Shown here piece after piece: positions 32,281 to 42,032 of a DNA stretch of 64,000 bases; position 1 is the first letter of the stretch, and each line of letters begins with the position of its first letter. Made by a program: the position numbers and the translations under genes. The DNA lies in NCBI GenBank assembly GCA_038253125.1, contig JBBSHM010000004.1:2043-66042 (forward strand), given 5' to 3'. Source of the DNA: Acidimicrobiales bacterium. GTDB taxonomy: Bacteria; Actinomycetota; Acidimicrobiia; Acidimicrobiales; JAUJNH01. Below the pieces are notes generated by a model, which searched no databases, was not told where the DNA came from, and saw nothing but the letters and a program-made list of their open reading frames with translations.

Positions 32281-32561
32281 GGTGCCCGCCCCGCCTTTTC
32301 CGCCGGCGCGTCGGGCGGCACGATCGGTTCGCTGTCAGCCTTCTCGGCCTTCTCGGCCTTCTCGGCCTTCTCGGCGCTCCCGGTGTCCCGTCTGCGCATC
32401 AGGCGGAGGGCGGCGGCCATCACCAGGAGGAGCCAGAGAGGGCCCATCACCCAGTTAAGGATGGCCTTCTCGGCGATGCCGGCACCTATGTAGGTCACGC
32501 CGGCCACGGCGTAGACGAGCAGGTGGCGGCGGGGCTCGGGGTCGCCTCTGGTGTTCGCCAT
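32277..32561 (-). CDS. small membrane protein with (AEK)n repeat tail
   Basis: 94 aa starting at ATG 32561. Two hydrophobic helices are followed by SAEKAEKAEKAEKAD. The stop overlaps the downstream hydrolase start by 4 bp. Confidence 0.5.
   Translation of the reverse strand: MANTRGDPEPRRHLLVYAVAGVTYIGAGIAEKAILNWVMGPLWLLLVMAAALRLMRRRDTGSAEKAEKAEKAEKADSEPIVPPDAPAEKAGRAP
32338..32373. repeat. 9-bp tandem repeat (GCCTTCTCG x4) within the small membrane-protein CDS
   Basis: Four perfect head-to-tail units, in frame, encoding AEK repeats on the minus strand. Confidence 0.9.
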
Positions 32562-32601
32562 GGCAGGGAAGGATAGAGGGACGGTGCCAGGCTGGCGGCC
32601 C

Positions 32602-33462
32602 ATGCGGCTCGCCTTTCTCGGAACCCCCGACGCCGCCGTGGCCCCACTCCGGGCCCTGGTCGACGCCGGCCACGACGTCGACGTCGTTGTCACCAGGGCC
32701 GACAAGCGCCGGGGACGGGGCGTCGCCCTGGTGCCGAGCCCGGTCAAGGTCGCGGCCGTCGAGCTCGGCCTGGCCGTCACCTCCGACGTCGACAGCGTCC
32801 TCGGCCGGCACCTCGACTTCGGCGTGGTCGTCGCCTTCGGGCGGATCATCAAGCCCCACGTGCTCGCCGAGCTGGCGATGGTCAACCTCCACTTCTCGCT
32901 CCTGCCCCGCTGGAGGGGCGCCGCTCCGGTCGAGCGGGCCGTCCTGGCCGGTGACGCCGAGACCGGCGTGTGCCTGATGGAGGTGGCTGAAGGCCTCGAC
33001 GAAGGCGGCGTCTACGCCCGGCAGGCGACCCGCATCGGCCCCGTGGAGACGGCGGCGGAGCTCCGGGCGCGGCTGACCGAGATGGGCTCGACGCTGCTGA
33101 TCCAAGGTCTGGCCCGCGGGCTCGGGCTCCCGGCGTCTCAGGAGGGTGAGGTCAGCTATGCGGCCAAGGTGGCCGCTCACGAGCTGCGCCTCGACTGGTC
33201 CGAGCCGGCGGTGCACGCCCATGCCCGGGTCAGGCTGGGGCGGGCCTGGACCCTGTTTCGGGAAGGCCGAATCCTGGTCACCCGGGCCACGACCGCCGAT
33301 GGGCCGGCCGGCGGGCCGGGTGAGGTCGATGCCGAGCTCGGGGTGGCCTGCGGCGACGGGCGCCGGCTGATGCTGCTCGAGGTGCAGCCGGCGGGAAAGG
33401 CACCGATGTCGGCTACGGCGTGGGCCAACGGCGCCCGCCCGATCGGCGGACGGCTCGGGTGA
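32602..33462 (+). CDS. fmt: methionyl-tRNA formyltransferase
   Basis: MRLAFLGTPD.AV..L, SLLPRWRGAAPV and a C-terminal OB-like domain. ATG 32602 is preferred over the track start at 32551. Confidence 0.93.
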   Translation: MRLAFLGTPDAAVAPLRALVDAGHDVDVVVTRADKRRGRGVALVPSPVKVAAVELGLAVTSDVDSVLGRHLDFGVVVAFGRIIKPHVLAELAMVNLHFSLLPRWRGAAPVERAVLAGDAETGVCLMEVAEGLDEGGVYARQATRIGPVETAAELRARLTEMGSTLLIQGLARGLGLPASQEGEVSYAAKVAAHELRLDWSEPAVHAHARVRLGRAWTLFREGRILVTRATTADGPAGGPGEVDAELGVACGDGRRLMLLEVQPAGKAPMSATAWANGARPIGGRLG

Positions 33463-33514
33463 CGCCCATGGGCTCCCGGTCAGACCCGCATCGCCTGCAC
33501 CAGACTCCCCGTCG

Positions 33515-34711
33515 GTGAGAGTTCGACCCCAAGCCTCGGCGCACTCCTCCGTCGCCGCCCGGCGGTTGGCGCTCGAGGCCCTCCACCGCATCGACGACGG
33601 GGCATACGCCAACCTCGTCACCCCGGCGCTGCTGGACCACTCCCGCCTGACCTCGCGCGACCGCAACTTCGTCACGGCCATCGCCTACGGCGCCACCCGC
33701 ATGCGCCGGGCACTGGACCACCTGGTCGACCGCCACGTGCGCAGACCCACCGACGACGAGGTGCGGCGGGTGCTGCGCCTAGGCGTCTTCGAGCTCGCCT
33801 ACCTGAGGACGCCGGCTCACGCCGCGGTGAGCCAGGCGGTGTCCCTGGCTCCCGAACGGGCTCGCGGCTTCACCAACGCCGTGCTGCGCAAGGTGGCCGC
33901 CGACGTGGCCGCCGGCATCACCTGGCCCGACCCGGCCACCGAGCTGAGCTACCCGGACTGGGTGGTGGCGACCTTCACCGAGGACCTGGGCGAGGCGCAC
34001 GCCCTGGCCGCCCTGCGGATCATGGACGAGCCGGCCGAGGCCACCGAACGTGACGACGGCTACACCCAGGACCTGGCCAGCCAGTGGGTGGCCGAGGAGG
34101 TCGGTGCGCTGCCCGGCGAGCAAATCCTCGACCTGTGCGCCGCCCCCGGCGGCAAGGCGACCCTGCTGGCCGAGATCGGCGCCGTGGTCACCGCCGCCGA
34201 CCTCAGCGTCCGGCGGTCCCTGCTGGTGGCCGAGAACGCCCAACGGCTCGGTGCCCCTGTCGCCGGGGTCGTCGCCGCCGACGGCCTGGCCGCACCGTTC
34301 CGCCCGCGCTCGTTCGACCGGGTGCTGGTCGACGCCCCGTGCTCGGGCCTCGGCGTACTGAGGCGGCGGCCGGACGCCCGGTGGCGGGTGCAGCGCTCCG
34401 ACGTCTACGACCTGGCCCGCCTGCAGAACCGCCTGCTCTCCGCCGCCGCCGGTCTGGTGCGGCCGGGTGGCGTGCTGATCTACAGCGTCTGCACCCTCAC
34501 GGCCGCCGAGACGATGGGGGTCGACCTGCCGCACCTCGAGGCGCTGCCCCCGCCCTCGGACCCGTGGGAGCCCTGGGGCCGAGGCGCCCGTCTGCTGCCC
34601 CAGGCCCGCGGCACCGACGGCATGTTCCTCCTGCGGCTCCGGCTTCCGGAAGCCCCGGCTGCGCCCCGGCGACCCCCGGCCCGCGTGCGCCGGGCACGAA
34701 ACCGACGATGA
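33515..34711 (+). CDS. rsmB: 16S rRNA (cytosine-C5) methyltransferase RsmB/Sun
   Basis: NusB-like N-terminal domain, LDLCAAPGGKAT, DAPCSGLGVLRRRPD and IYSVCT motifs. Consistent fmt-rsmB synteny. Confidence 0.9.
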   Translation: MRVRPQASAHSSVAARRLALEALHRIDDGAYANLVTPALLDHSRLTSRDRNFVTAIAYGATRMRRALDHLVDRHVRRPTDDEVRRVLRLGVFELAYLRTPAHAAVSQAVSLAPERARGFTNAVLRKVAADVAAGITWPDPATELSYPDWVVATFTEDLGEAHALAALRIMDEPAEATERDDGYTQDLASQWVAEEVGALPGEQILDLCAAPGGKATLLAEIGAVVTAADLSVRRSLLVAENAQRLGAPVAGVVAADGLAAPFRPRSFDRVLVDAPCSGLGVLRRRPDARWRVQRSDVYDLARLQNRLLSAAAGLVRPGGVLIYSVCTLTAAETMGVDLPHLEALPPPSDPWEPWGRGARLLPQARGTDGMFLLRLRLPEAPAAPRRPPARVRRARNRR

Positions 34712-35187
34712 GCGGGTCGGGCCTGCGGGCCCGGGTGCTGGTCGTGTCGAGCGGCGTGGCCGCCGGCACCCGGCAGGACCGGGGCGGCCCGGCCCTGGTC
34801 GAGATGCTCGCCGCTGCGGGTTACAAGGTCGACAAACCGGTGATGGTGGCCGACGGGATCCCGGCTGTGACCTCCGCCCTGCGCGCCCTCACCGCCGACT
34901 TCGCCGGTCTGGTCGTCACCACCGGCGGCACCGGCTTCTCCCCGACCGACGTCACCCCTGAGGCCACCCTTGACGTCATCGACCGCCACGCCCCGGGCCT
35001 GGCCGAGGCCATGCGGGGCGTCGACCCCCGAGGCCGCCTAGGCCGAGGCGTGTGCGGCACGGCGGGCCGGGCGCTGATCCTCAACTGCCCCGGCAGCCCC
35101 GGCGGCGCCGTCGACCAGCTCCAAGCCGTCATCGACATCCTCCCTCACGCCCTGAGCCTCCTGGCCGACACGCCCACCGAGCACTAG
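34708..35187 (+). CDS. mogA: molybdopterin adenylyltransferase / MogA-MoaB family protein
   Basis: VVTTGGTGFSPTDVTPEAT and LPGSPGGA motifs. About 159 aa, with ATG 34708 overlapping the rsmB stop. Confidence 0.82.
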   Translation: MSGSGLRARVLVVSSGVAAGTRQDRGGPALVEMLAAAGYKVDKPVMVADGIPAVTSALRALTADFAGLVVTTGGTGFSPTDVTPEATLDVIDRHAPGLAEAMRGVDPRGRLGRGVCGTAGRALILNCPGSPGGAVDQLQAVIDILPHALSLLADTPTEH

Positions 35188-35240
35188 GGCACGGTCGTCG
35201 GGTTCTGGCGCGCCAGCTGACGCCGCCGAGCGGCGATGTT

Positions 35241-35356
35241 GTGTCTTCGGCCCGCTGTCGGGCCATCGGTTGCCGGCGCGCCGGGGTAATCTCCGGTGCG
35301 CCGTTCGCTGCGCCGAGAGGGTCGACGGAGGCGCCGAAGCCGGATGGGATCAACCG
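35241..35356 (+). ncRNA. FMN (RFN) riboswitch-like leader, divergent
   Basis: Lies immediately upstream of ribD. The 3' half resembles the RFN core (CCGGGGTAATCTCCGG hairpin; CGACGG...AAGCCGGATGGGA). The 5' half (GGGUGAAAUUCCC-type helix) is not clearly recognisable. Confidence 0.4.
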
Positions 35357-35370
35357 ACGACGAACCGGTG

Positions 35371-36378
35371 ATGCGGCGGGCGCTGGCGCTCGCTGATGCG
35401 GTACGTCCGCGGCCTTCACCCAACCCGTGGGTCGGCTGCGTGATCGTCTGCGCCGACGCCAGCGAGGTCGAAGGGTCGACCCAGAAACCCGGAGGGGATC
35501 ACGCCGAGGCCCAGGCGCTGCGTCGGGCCCGGGCGGCCGGACTCGATCTGAGGGGGGCGGTGGCCTTCACCACCCTGGAGCCGTGCAGCCACCACGGGCG
35601 CACCCCCCCCTGCGCCGACGCTCTGGTCGAGGCCGGTGTTGGGCGCGTGGTGGTCGGGGTGCTCGACCCGGATCCCCACGTCTGCGGGCGTGGGGTCGAG
35701 CGTCTGCGGGCCGGCGGCCTCGAGGTCGTGGTAGGCGTCCTCGGAGGCGAGGTGGAGCACCAGCTGGCCGCCTACCTCCACCACCGGCGCACCGGCAGGC
35801 CCTGGGTGACGCTGAAGCTGGCAGCCACACTCGATGGCCGCACGGCGGCGCCGGACGGATCGTCGCGCTGGATCACCGGCGATGAGGCCAGGGCCGACGC
35901 CCACCGGGAGCGGGCCGAACACGACGCCGTCCTCGTCGGCGCCGGCACGGTGCGGGCCGACGATCCAAAGCTGACGGTGCGTTACGCCGAGGGACCCGAG
36001 CCGCTCCGCGTCGTCCTCGGCTCGGCTCCCCCCACCGCTCGGATCCACCCGTGCCTCGAGCTCTCGGGCGACCTGGGTGAAGTCCTCGGTCAGCTGGGCG
36101 GCAAAGGCGTGCTGAGCGTGCTGGTGGAAGGGGGCGCCACGGTGGCCCGGGCCTTCCACTCAGCAGGGCTGGTGAACCGCTACCTGGTCTACCTGGCGCC
36201 CGCACTGCTCGGCGGCGACGACGGCCGGCCCCTGTTCGCCGGCGCCGGGGTGCCGACCATCGCGGAGGTGTGGCGGGGCCACATCGGCTCTGTCGGGCGG
36301 CTCGGAGCCGACCTGCGCATCGAGGTCCTCCCGGGCCGCGACGAGCCCCACCTGAGCCCTCCGGAGCGGGTGAGCTAG
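35371..36378 (+). CDS. ribD: bifunctional riboflavin biosynthesis deaminase/reductase
   Basis: Deaminase zinc motifs HAE and LEPCSHHGRTPPC, and a reductase half with TLKLAATLDG. ATG 35371 is preferred. Confidence 0.93.
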   Translation: MRRALALADAVRPRPSPNPWVGCVIVCADASEVEGSTQKPGGDHAEAQALRRARAAGLDLRGAVAFTTLEPCSHHGRTPPCADALVEAGVGRVVVGVLDPDPHVCGRGVERLRAGGLEVVVGVLGGEVEHQLAAYLHHRRTGRPWVTLKLAATLDGRTAAPDGSSRWITGDEARADAHRERAEHDAVLVGAGTVRADDPKLTVRYAEGPEPLRVVLGSAPPTARIHPCLELSGDLGEVLGQLGGKGVLSVLVEGGATVARAFHSAGLVNRYLVYLAPALLGGDDGRPLFAGAGVPTIAEVWRGHIGSVGRLGADLRIEVLPGRDEPHLSPPERVS

Positions 36379-36993
36379 TTGTTCACCGGGATCGTCGAGG
36401 AGTTCGGCCGATTCGAGAGCCGTGCCGGCAGCCGCTTCCGGTTCGCCTGCACCGCGGAGTTCCTGGAGGATGCCGCCATCGGCGATTCCGTCGCCCACAA
36501 CGGCGCCTGCCTCACCCTCGTCAGCGTCACCGCCTCCGCCTACGAGGTCGACGTCGTCGCCGAGACCCTGGACCGCACCAACCTGGGCGAGCTCACGCCC
36601 GGCGACCCGGTCAACCTCGAGCGGGCCGTCCGCCTCCAGGACCGGCTCGGCGGCCACCTGGTGCTCGGCCACGTCGATGCCGTGGGACGCGTCGTCCAGG
36701 GCGCCCCGAACCTGGTGGTGGCGCTGGCGCCCCATCTCACCCGCTACGTGGTGGAGAAGGGTTCGATCGCCGTCGACGGCTGCAGCCTGACCGTCACCGC
36801 TGTCGGGGCCGACCGCTTCGAGGTCGCTGTCATACCGCACACCGCCAAGGTCACCACCCTCGGCCGGGCCCACCCGGGAGGCCGAGTGAACATCGAGGTC
36901 GACATCATGGCCAAGCACGCCGAGAAGCTGCTCGCCGCCCACCTCTATAGCTCGACCGACGGCGCCTCGACCGGGACGGCGACAGCCGGCTGA
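36379..36993 (+). CDS. ribE: riboflavin synthase (alpha chain)
   Basis: Starts (TTG) FTGIVEE.G. Duplicated lumazine-binding repeats ([12 protein letters not shown] and [11 protein letters not shown]). Confidence 0.93.
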   Translation: MFTGIVEEFGRFESRAGSRFRFACTAEFLEDAAIGDSVAHNGACLTLVSVTASAYEVDVVAETLDRTNLGELTPGDPVNLERAVRLQDRLGGHLVLGHVDAVGRVVQGAPNLVVALAPHLTRYVVEKGSIAVDGCSLTVTAVGADRFEVAVIPHTAKVTTLGRAHPGGRVNIEVDIMAKHAEKLLAAHLYSSTDGASTGTATAG

Positions 36994-38225
36994 TGGCGCA
37001 CGCCAGCATCCCCCAGGCCATCGAGGCCATCGGCCGCGGCCAGATCGTGGTCGTGGCGGACGACGAGGACCGGGAGAACGAGGGTGACCTCATCATGGCG
37101 GCCGAGCACGCCACGCCCGAGGCCATCGCCTTCTTCGTGCGCCACACGAGCGGGCTGATCTGCGCTCCCATCACCGCCGAGCGGGCCCATGAGCTCGATC
37201 TCCCGCTGATGGTGGCGGTGAACAACACCGAGAGCATGCGAACGGCCTTCACGGTCACGGTCGACCTGAGGCACGGCACGACCACCGGGATCTCGGCCGC
37301 CGATCGGGCCCGCACCATCCGCGGCCTGGTCGAGCCGACGACCAGGCCCACCGACCTGTCCCGGCCCGGGCACGTCGCGCCGCTGATAGCCCGCGAGGGC
37401 GGCGTGCTGAAGCGGGCGGGCCACACCGAGGCCGCCGTCGACCTGGCCCGCCTGGCGGGCCTCGCCCCGGCCGGGGTCCTCTGCGAGCTCGTCACCGCGG
37501 ACGGCTCGGAGATGCAGCGCATGCCCGACCTCGAACGCTTCGCCGACGAGCACGGTCTGCTGCTGATAACCATCGCCGACCTCATCCGCTTCCGGCGTCA
37601 GACCGAGAAGCTGGTGATCCGCCTGACCGAGGCCACGATCCCAACCGGGTGGGGGGACTTCACCTGCGTCCCCTACCGTTCGCTGCTGGACGGCGAGGTC
37701 CACCTGGCGTTTGTGCGCGGCGCCGTCAGCGGTGAGCAGGACGTCCTGGTGCGGGTGCACTCGGAGTGCCTGACCGGTGACATCTTCGGGAGCCGTCGCT
37801 GCGACTGCGGCCAGCAGCTGCACGCGGCGATGGCCCTCATCGACCAGGAGGGGCGTGGGGCTGTGATCTACCTGCGGGGCCACGAGGGCCGGGGCATCGG
37901 CATCGCCCACAAGATCGCCGCCTACGGGCTGCAGGACACCGGCCTTGACACCGTTGACGCCAACACCGCCCTCGGGCTGCCGGTTGACAGCCGGGAGTAC
38001 GGCATCGGGGCGCAGATCCTGAACGACCTCGGCATCACCACCATGCGGCTGCTCACGAACAACCCGGCCAAGCGCGGCGGCCTCGAGGGCTTCGGTCTCA
38101 AGGTCACCGAGCGCGTCGCCCTGCCGTCCAAGCCGACGCCGGAGAACATCGACTACCTCCGCACCAAGGTTGCCCGCCTGGGCCACCTGATGGACGACCT
38201 CGGCCCCCCCGGCGATCCGCTGTGA
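36993..38225 (+). CDS. ribBA: bifunctional 3,4-dihydroxy-2-butanone-4-phosphate synthase / GTP cyclohydrolase II
   Basis: DRENEGDLI and RAGHTEA (RibB half). [15 protein letters not shown] zinc motif and [11 protein letters not shown] (RibA half). Confidence 0.95.
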   Translation: MAHASIPQAIEAIGRGQIVVVADDEDRENEGDLIMAAEHATPEAIAFFVRHTSGLICAPITAERAHELDLPLMVAVNNTESMRTAFTVTVDLRHGTTTGISAADRARTIRGLVEPTTRPTDLSRPGHVAPLIAREGGVLKRAGHTEAAVDLARLAGLAPAGVLCELVTADGSEMQRMPDLERFADEHGLLLITIADLIRFRRQTEKLVIRLTEATIPTGWGDFTCVPYRSLLDGEVHLAFVRGAVSGEQDVLVRVHSECLTGDIFGSRRCDCGQQLHAAMALIDQEGRGAVIYLRGHEGRGIGIAHKIAAYGLQDTGLDTVDANTALGLPVDSREYGIGAQILNDLGITTMRLLTNNPAKRGGLEGFGLKVTERVALPSKPTPENIDYLRTKVARLGHLMDDLGPPGDPL

Positions 38226-38695
38226 GCGGGGAGGGGGCGCCAGAGCTGACGGTGGAGTCAGCGGGGGCCAAGGTGGCCGTGGTCGCAGCCCTGTGGCACC
38301 GCACGATCACCGACGCCCTGGTTAGGTCGGCTACCAGGGTGCTGGGTGACGCCGGTGCCGAGGCGACGGTGGTGCGGGTCCCCGGAGCCTTCGAGCTTCC
38401 GGTGGCGGCCCTGGCGGCCGCCCGAGCCGGGTTCGACGCCGTGGTGGCCCTCGGGGTTGTGATCCGGGGCGGCACGCCCCACTTCGACTACGTCTGCCAC
38501 GCTGCCACCGGCGGGCTCACCCAGGTGGCGGTGACGACGGGCGTGCCCGTCGGCTTCGGCCTGCTCACCTGTGACACCGAGGAGCAGGCCCGTCAGCGGT
38601 CCGGTCTGCCCGGGTCGGTCGAGGACAAGGGGCGGGAGGCGGCCCAGGCCGCTCTGGCCACCCTCCACGCCCTGCGCAGCCTGACACTCGCCTAG
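38222..38695 (+). CDS. ribH: 6,7-dimethyl-8-ribityllumazine synthase
   Basis: VPGAFELP and [15 protein letters not shown] motifs. Confidence 0.93.
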   Translation: MSGEGAPELTVESAGAKVAVVAALWHRTITDALVRSATRVLGDAGAEATVVRVPGAFELPVAALAAARAGFDAVVALGVVIRGGTPHFDYVCHAATGGLTQVAVTTGVPVGFGLLTCDTEEQARQRSGLPGSVEDKGREAAQAALATLHALRSLTLA

Positions 38696-38749
38696 GGGAG
38701 GCGTACCCGAGGGTGCGTAGGCCGCAGAGGCCGTTATGGTCAGGCCGGG

Positions 38750-39604
38750 ATGGAGAGCGTCGGCCCCGCCAGGACCGTCCCCGCCCAGCACGAGGATGCC
38801 GCGGCCCGACCGGGCCGGTTGATGCAGCTGGCGCTGGTCCTCGTCGTGTGGTGGTCCTACGACGCCGTCAACAACCTCGCCGCCCTGCGGGGGCCGGCGG
38901 CGATGCGGCACGGCCTGGAGATCCTGCACCTCGAGACGTGGCTGCACCTGGACGCAGAGCGGCCGTTGAACCGGTGGCTGGGCGACCACCTGCTCCTCGG
39001 GCGGTGGCTGGGCACCTACTACGACCTCGCCCACTTCGGGGTGACGATCGCCGTGCTCGTCTGGGTGCTGTGGCGCCACGCCCACCACTACCGCCGCCTC
39101 CGCAACGGGCTCCTGGGGGTGAACCTCATCGGGTTCCTGGTCTTCTGGGCGTTCCCGGTCGCCCCACCACGGCTCCTGGCCGGTTCGGGCTTCGTGGATG
39201 TGGTCGCCGTCGCCCACTCCATCGGCGCGTGGAGCGAGGGGGCGCTGGCCTCCCAGGCCAACGAGTACGCGGCGATGCCCTCCCTGCACGTCGCCTGGGC
39301 CGTGTGGTGCGCGGTGGCTGTGTGGGCGATACGCCGGGACCAGCTGTCCCGGGTCCTGGCGTGCGCCTACGTGGCGCTCACCTGCCTGGTGGTGATGGCA
39401 ACCGCCAACCACTACCTGCTCGATGTCGCCGCCGGAGCGGTGACCGCAGCCGTGGCCACGAGCCTCGCCCTCCTCATCGCCGCCGGCCTGGCCCGCCGGA
39501 GAACCCGTCGGACAAGGGGACCGGCGTCGGTTGACCGACCGTGCGGCGCAACCCGGGGTCTCCATGCACCGGAGGAGGAGCCGGACCGCGCCCTGGTGTC
39601 CTGA
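38750..39604 (+). CDS. PAP2-superfamily membrane protein (Aur1/IPC-synthase-like subgroup)
   Basis: Multi-TM protein with FPVAPPRL and AAMPSLHVAWA, followed by a conserved His/Asp region (NHYLLDV). The start is uncertain. Confidence 0.6.
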   Translation: MESVGPARTVPAQHEDAAARPGRLMQLALVLVVWWSYDAVNNLAALRGPAAMRHGLEILHLETWLHLDAERPLNRWLGDHLLLGRWLGTYYDLAHFGVTIAVLVWVLWRHAHHYRRLRNGLLGVNLIGFLVFWAFPVAPPRLLAGSGFVDVVAVAHSIGAWSEGALASQANEYAAMPSLHVAWAVWCAVAVWAIRRDQLSRVLACAYVALTCLVVMATANHYLLDVAAGAVTAAVATSLALLIAAGLARRRTRRTRGPASVDRPCGATRGLHAPEEEPDRALVS

Positions 39605-39665
39605 GCTTGCACCCGACACAGCCCCTCCCGCCGCCGCAGCAGGATCAGACCCGAGGACGGCTACC

Positions 39666-40550
39666 TTGCCGGTCGTGCTGCGCCTCGTCCTACCGAAGGG
39701 TTCGCTAGAGCGGGCGACCCTCGAGCTATTTGAGGCGGCAGACCTCCCGGTGCGCCGCTCCTCAGCCGTGGCCTACCGGGCCACCATCGACGACCCTCGA
39801 ATCGACGAGGTCTGGGTGCTGCGCCCCCAGGAGATCCCCCGCTACGTGGCCGACGGAACATTCGACATCGGCATCACCGGCCGGGACTGGATCGAGGAGA
39901 CGGCGAGCGAGGTCGTGAGCCTCGGCGAGCTGCGCTACTCAAAAGCCACGGCCAGACCGGTCAGCATCGTTCTCGCCGTTCCCGAGGACTCGCCGTGGCG
40001 CGGCGTGGCCGACCTGCCCGCCGGGGTCAGGGTGGCCACCGAGTACCCCGGGCTCACCCGGCGCTTCTTCGACGGTCTGGGAATCGATGCCCAGGTTGAG
40101 CTCTCCCACGGCGCCACCGAGGCCAAGGCCCCCACCTTCGTCGATGTAGTGGTGGATCTCACCGAGACCGGCTCGGCTCTGCGGGCGGCCGGCCTGCGGA
40201 TCATCGAGACGATGCTCACGTCCTACACCGAGCTCATCGCCAACCCGACCAGCCACGCCGACCCGGAAAAGGCCCATGCCATGGACCAGGTTCAGACCCT
40301 CCTCCAGGGCGTTCTCGAGGCCCGGGGCCGGGTGCTCCTCAAGCTGAACGTCGCCGAGGCCGACCTCGACCGGGTCGTCGCCGTGCTGCCCTCGATGCGC
40401 TCGCCGACGGTGTCAAAGCTGTTCGGCGGCGACGGCTTCGCGGTCGAGACGGTCGTGTCGAAGGATCAGATCAACGTCCTCATCCCCGACCTGAAGGGGG
40501 CGGGCGCCACCGACCTGATCGAGATGCCCCTGTCGAAGATCGTGCATTGA
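39666..40550 (+). CDS. hisG: ATP phosphoribosyltransferase, long form
   Basis: LRLVLPKGSL, DIGITGRDW and DLTETGSALRA motifs, plus a C-terminal regulatory domain. Start is TTG 39666 or GTG 39675. Confidence 0.88.
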   Translation: MPVVLRLVLPKGSLERATLELFEAADLPVRRSSAVAYRATIDDPRIDEVWVLRPQEIPRYVADGTFDIGITGRDWIEETASEVVSLGELRYSKATARPVSIVLAVPEDSPWRGVADLPAGVRVATEYPGLTRRFFDGLGIDAQVELSHGATEAKAPTFVDVVVDLTETGSALRAAGLRIIETMLTSYTELIANPTSHADPEKAHAMDQVQTLLQGVLEARGRVLLKLNVAEADLDRVVAVLPSMRSPTVSKLFGGDGFAVETVVSKDQINVLIPDLKGAGATDLIEMPLSKIVH

Positions 40551-40759
40551 CGCCGCCTATCGGCTCGCGTCTCGCAGGGGTGGTCGTGGCCTATGACGAC
40601 CACGCCGGCTGCGGCGAGGTCGAGGCTGCGGGCGCCCGCTACTGGTTCCACTGCACCCGGCTGCTCAACGGCTCCCGCCACGCCGAGCCCGGCCAGAACG
40701 TCAGCTTCCGCCTGGTTCCGGGCCACCGCGGCCGCTGGGAGGCCGCCGAGGTGGGCTAG
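40547..40759 (+). CDS. small OB-fold / cold-shock-domain-like protein
   Basis: 70 aa. G.VVAYDDHAGCGEV....G..YWFHCT...G.R....G..V.F resembles a CSD-like beta barrel. The TTG start overlaps the hisG stop. Confidence 0.45.
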   Translation: MTPPIGSRLAGVVVAYDDHAGCGEVEAAGARYWFHCTRLLNGSRHAEPGQNVSFRLVPGHRGRWEAAEVG

Positions 40760-41160
40760 GAGCCATCCATGCCTTCGGGTCGCGGCACCCCGGCGGTGCC
40801 GGCGTCGAGCGCCGCCTTCAGCTGCACGAAGGCCAGACGGATCTGGGCCAGGCCGTCGGCCAGCGTGCCCTCGTCGTCACCCAGGCGGTCGCCGAGCCCC
40901 TCGACGATGGCGGCCATGGCGTCGATGGCCAGCTGGGCGTCGGCCAGGTTGGGGGGCTCAGCGGTGAGGTGGATGCGGGCCAGCTCGAACAGCTGGATGG
41001 CGTGGTTGCCGACGACATAGCGGGCCGGGGTGTTGCGTATGGCGGCGAGCTCCTCCTCGACCGCCCTCTCCACCTCGGCCGGATCGGGCTCGGGCGCAGG
41101 GGGCGGCGTGCCGCCTGGCCGAGGAGGCGGCGTACCGCCGGGGGTCCAGAGCCCGCTCAT
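40756..41160 (-). CDS. DUF1844-like protein
   Basis: 134 aa with a Pro-rich N-terminus, then an acidic helical core (LAAIRNTPARYVVGNHAIQLFELARIHL). It sits upstream of infC, where I recall DUF1844 genes in actinobacteria. Confidence 0.55.
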   Translation of the reverse strand: MSGLWTPGGTPPPRPGGTPPPAPEPDPAEVERAVEEELAAIRNTPARYVVGNHAIQLFELARIHLTAEPPNLADAQLAIDAMAAIVEGLGDRLGDDEGTLADGLAQIRLAFVQLKAALDAGTAGVPRPEGMDGS

Positions 41161-41350
41161 GGGTGTACCCTATGTCGGACAACTGAGCGTGGAAGCGGGG
41201 CCGCCGGCAGCATGGCAGCTCCCACCCGGCCACCTCCTCCCCGGGGGAACGTGCGCCGAGGTCACAACGACACGGGGCTCCTCTCCAGCGATGGGGGCGG
41301 GCGGCTCCCGCCTCCGCCTCTCCACAAGAGAAACGAAGGGAGCCACCACC

Positions 41351-42019
41351 ATCTCCGCTGACCAGCCCGAGCACCGCCGGAACGACCGGATCCGCACCCG
41401 TGAGGTGCGCCTGATCGACCACGACGGCACCCAGCTCGGCATCAAGCCCACCCAGGAGGCGCTCAACCTGGCCTACGCCAGGGAGATGGACCTGGTCGAG
41501 GTCGCCCCGGACGCGAACCCTCCGGTCTGCAAGATCATGGACTGGAACAAGTTCAAGTACGACATGGCGCAGCGGGCCAAGGACGCCAAGCGCAAGGCGA
41601 CGACCACCACCATCAAGGAGATGAAGTACCGGGTCAAGATCGGCCCCGGCGACTTCGAGACCAAGACCCGCCAGGTCGGCCGCTTCTTGAAGGAAGGCCA
41701 CAAGGTCAAGGTCACGATCATGTTCCGGGGCCGCGAGAACGACCATCCCGAGCTTGGCATGAAGATCCTCGACCGGGTCATTGCCGAGGTGGATCCGGTG
41801 GCCAAGGTGGAGGCGACGCCCAAGCGGGACGGTCGGAACATGGTGATGGTGCTGGCACCGGACAAGGTGAAGATCGCCGCCACGGCCAAGGCTGTCAAGG
41901 CGGCTGACAAGGCTGACAAGGCCCAGAAGGAACAGGCCGAGGTCGTCAGCAACGACAAGAGCATCGACGAGACCCCAGCCGCCGCAACCGGCGCCGGGGT
42001 CGAGGCCACCACGGCCTGA
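41351..42019 (+). CDS. infC: translation initiation factor IF-3, probable ATC start
   Basis: NDRIRTREVRLIDHDGTQLGI, MDLVEV, PPVCKIMD and KEMKYRVKIGPGDF are IF-3 hallmarks. There is no ATG/GTG/TTG near the expected N-terminus. AAGGGAG lies 9 nt upstream of ATC 41351. Confidence 0.85.
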   Translation: MSADQPEHRRNDRIRTREVRLIDHDGTQLGIKPTQEALNLAYAREMDLVEVAPDANPPVCKIMDWNKFKYDMAQRAKDAKRKATTTTIKEMKYRVKIGPGDFETKTRQVGRFLKEGHKVKVTIMFRGRENDHPELGMKILDRVIAEVDPVAKVEATPKRDGRNMVMVLAPDKVKIAATAKAVKAADKADKAQKEQAEVVSNDKSIDETPAAATGAGVEATTA

Positions 42020-42032
42020 CCAAGGAGACCTC

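Noticed and set aside
38258-39619. 453-aa minus-strand ORF opposite ribH and the PAP2 gene
   Set aside because: It crosses an intergenic gap and two recognisable + strand genes. It is low complexity.
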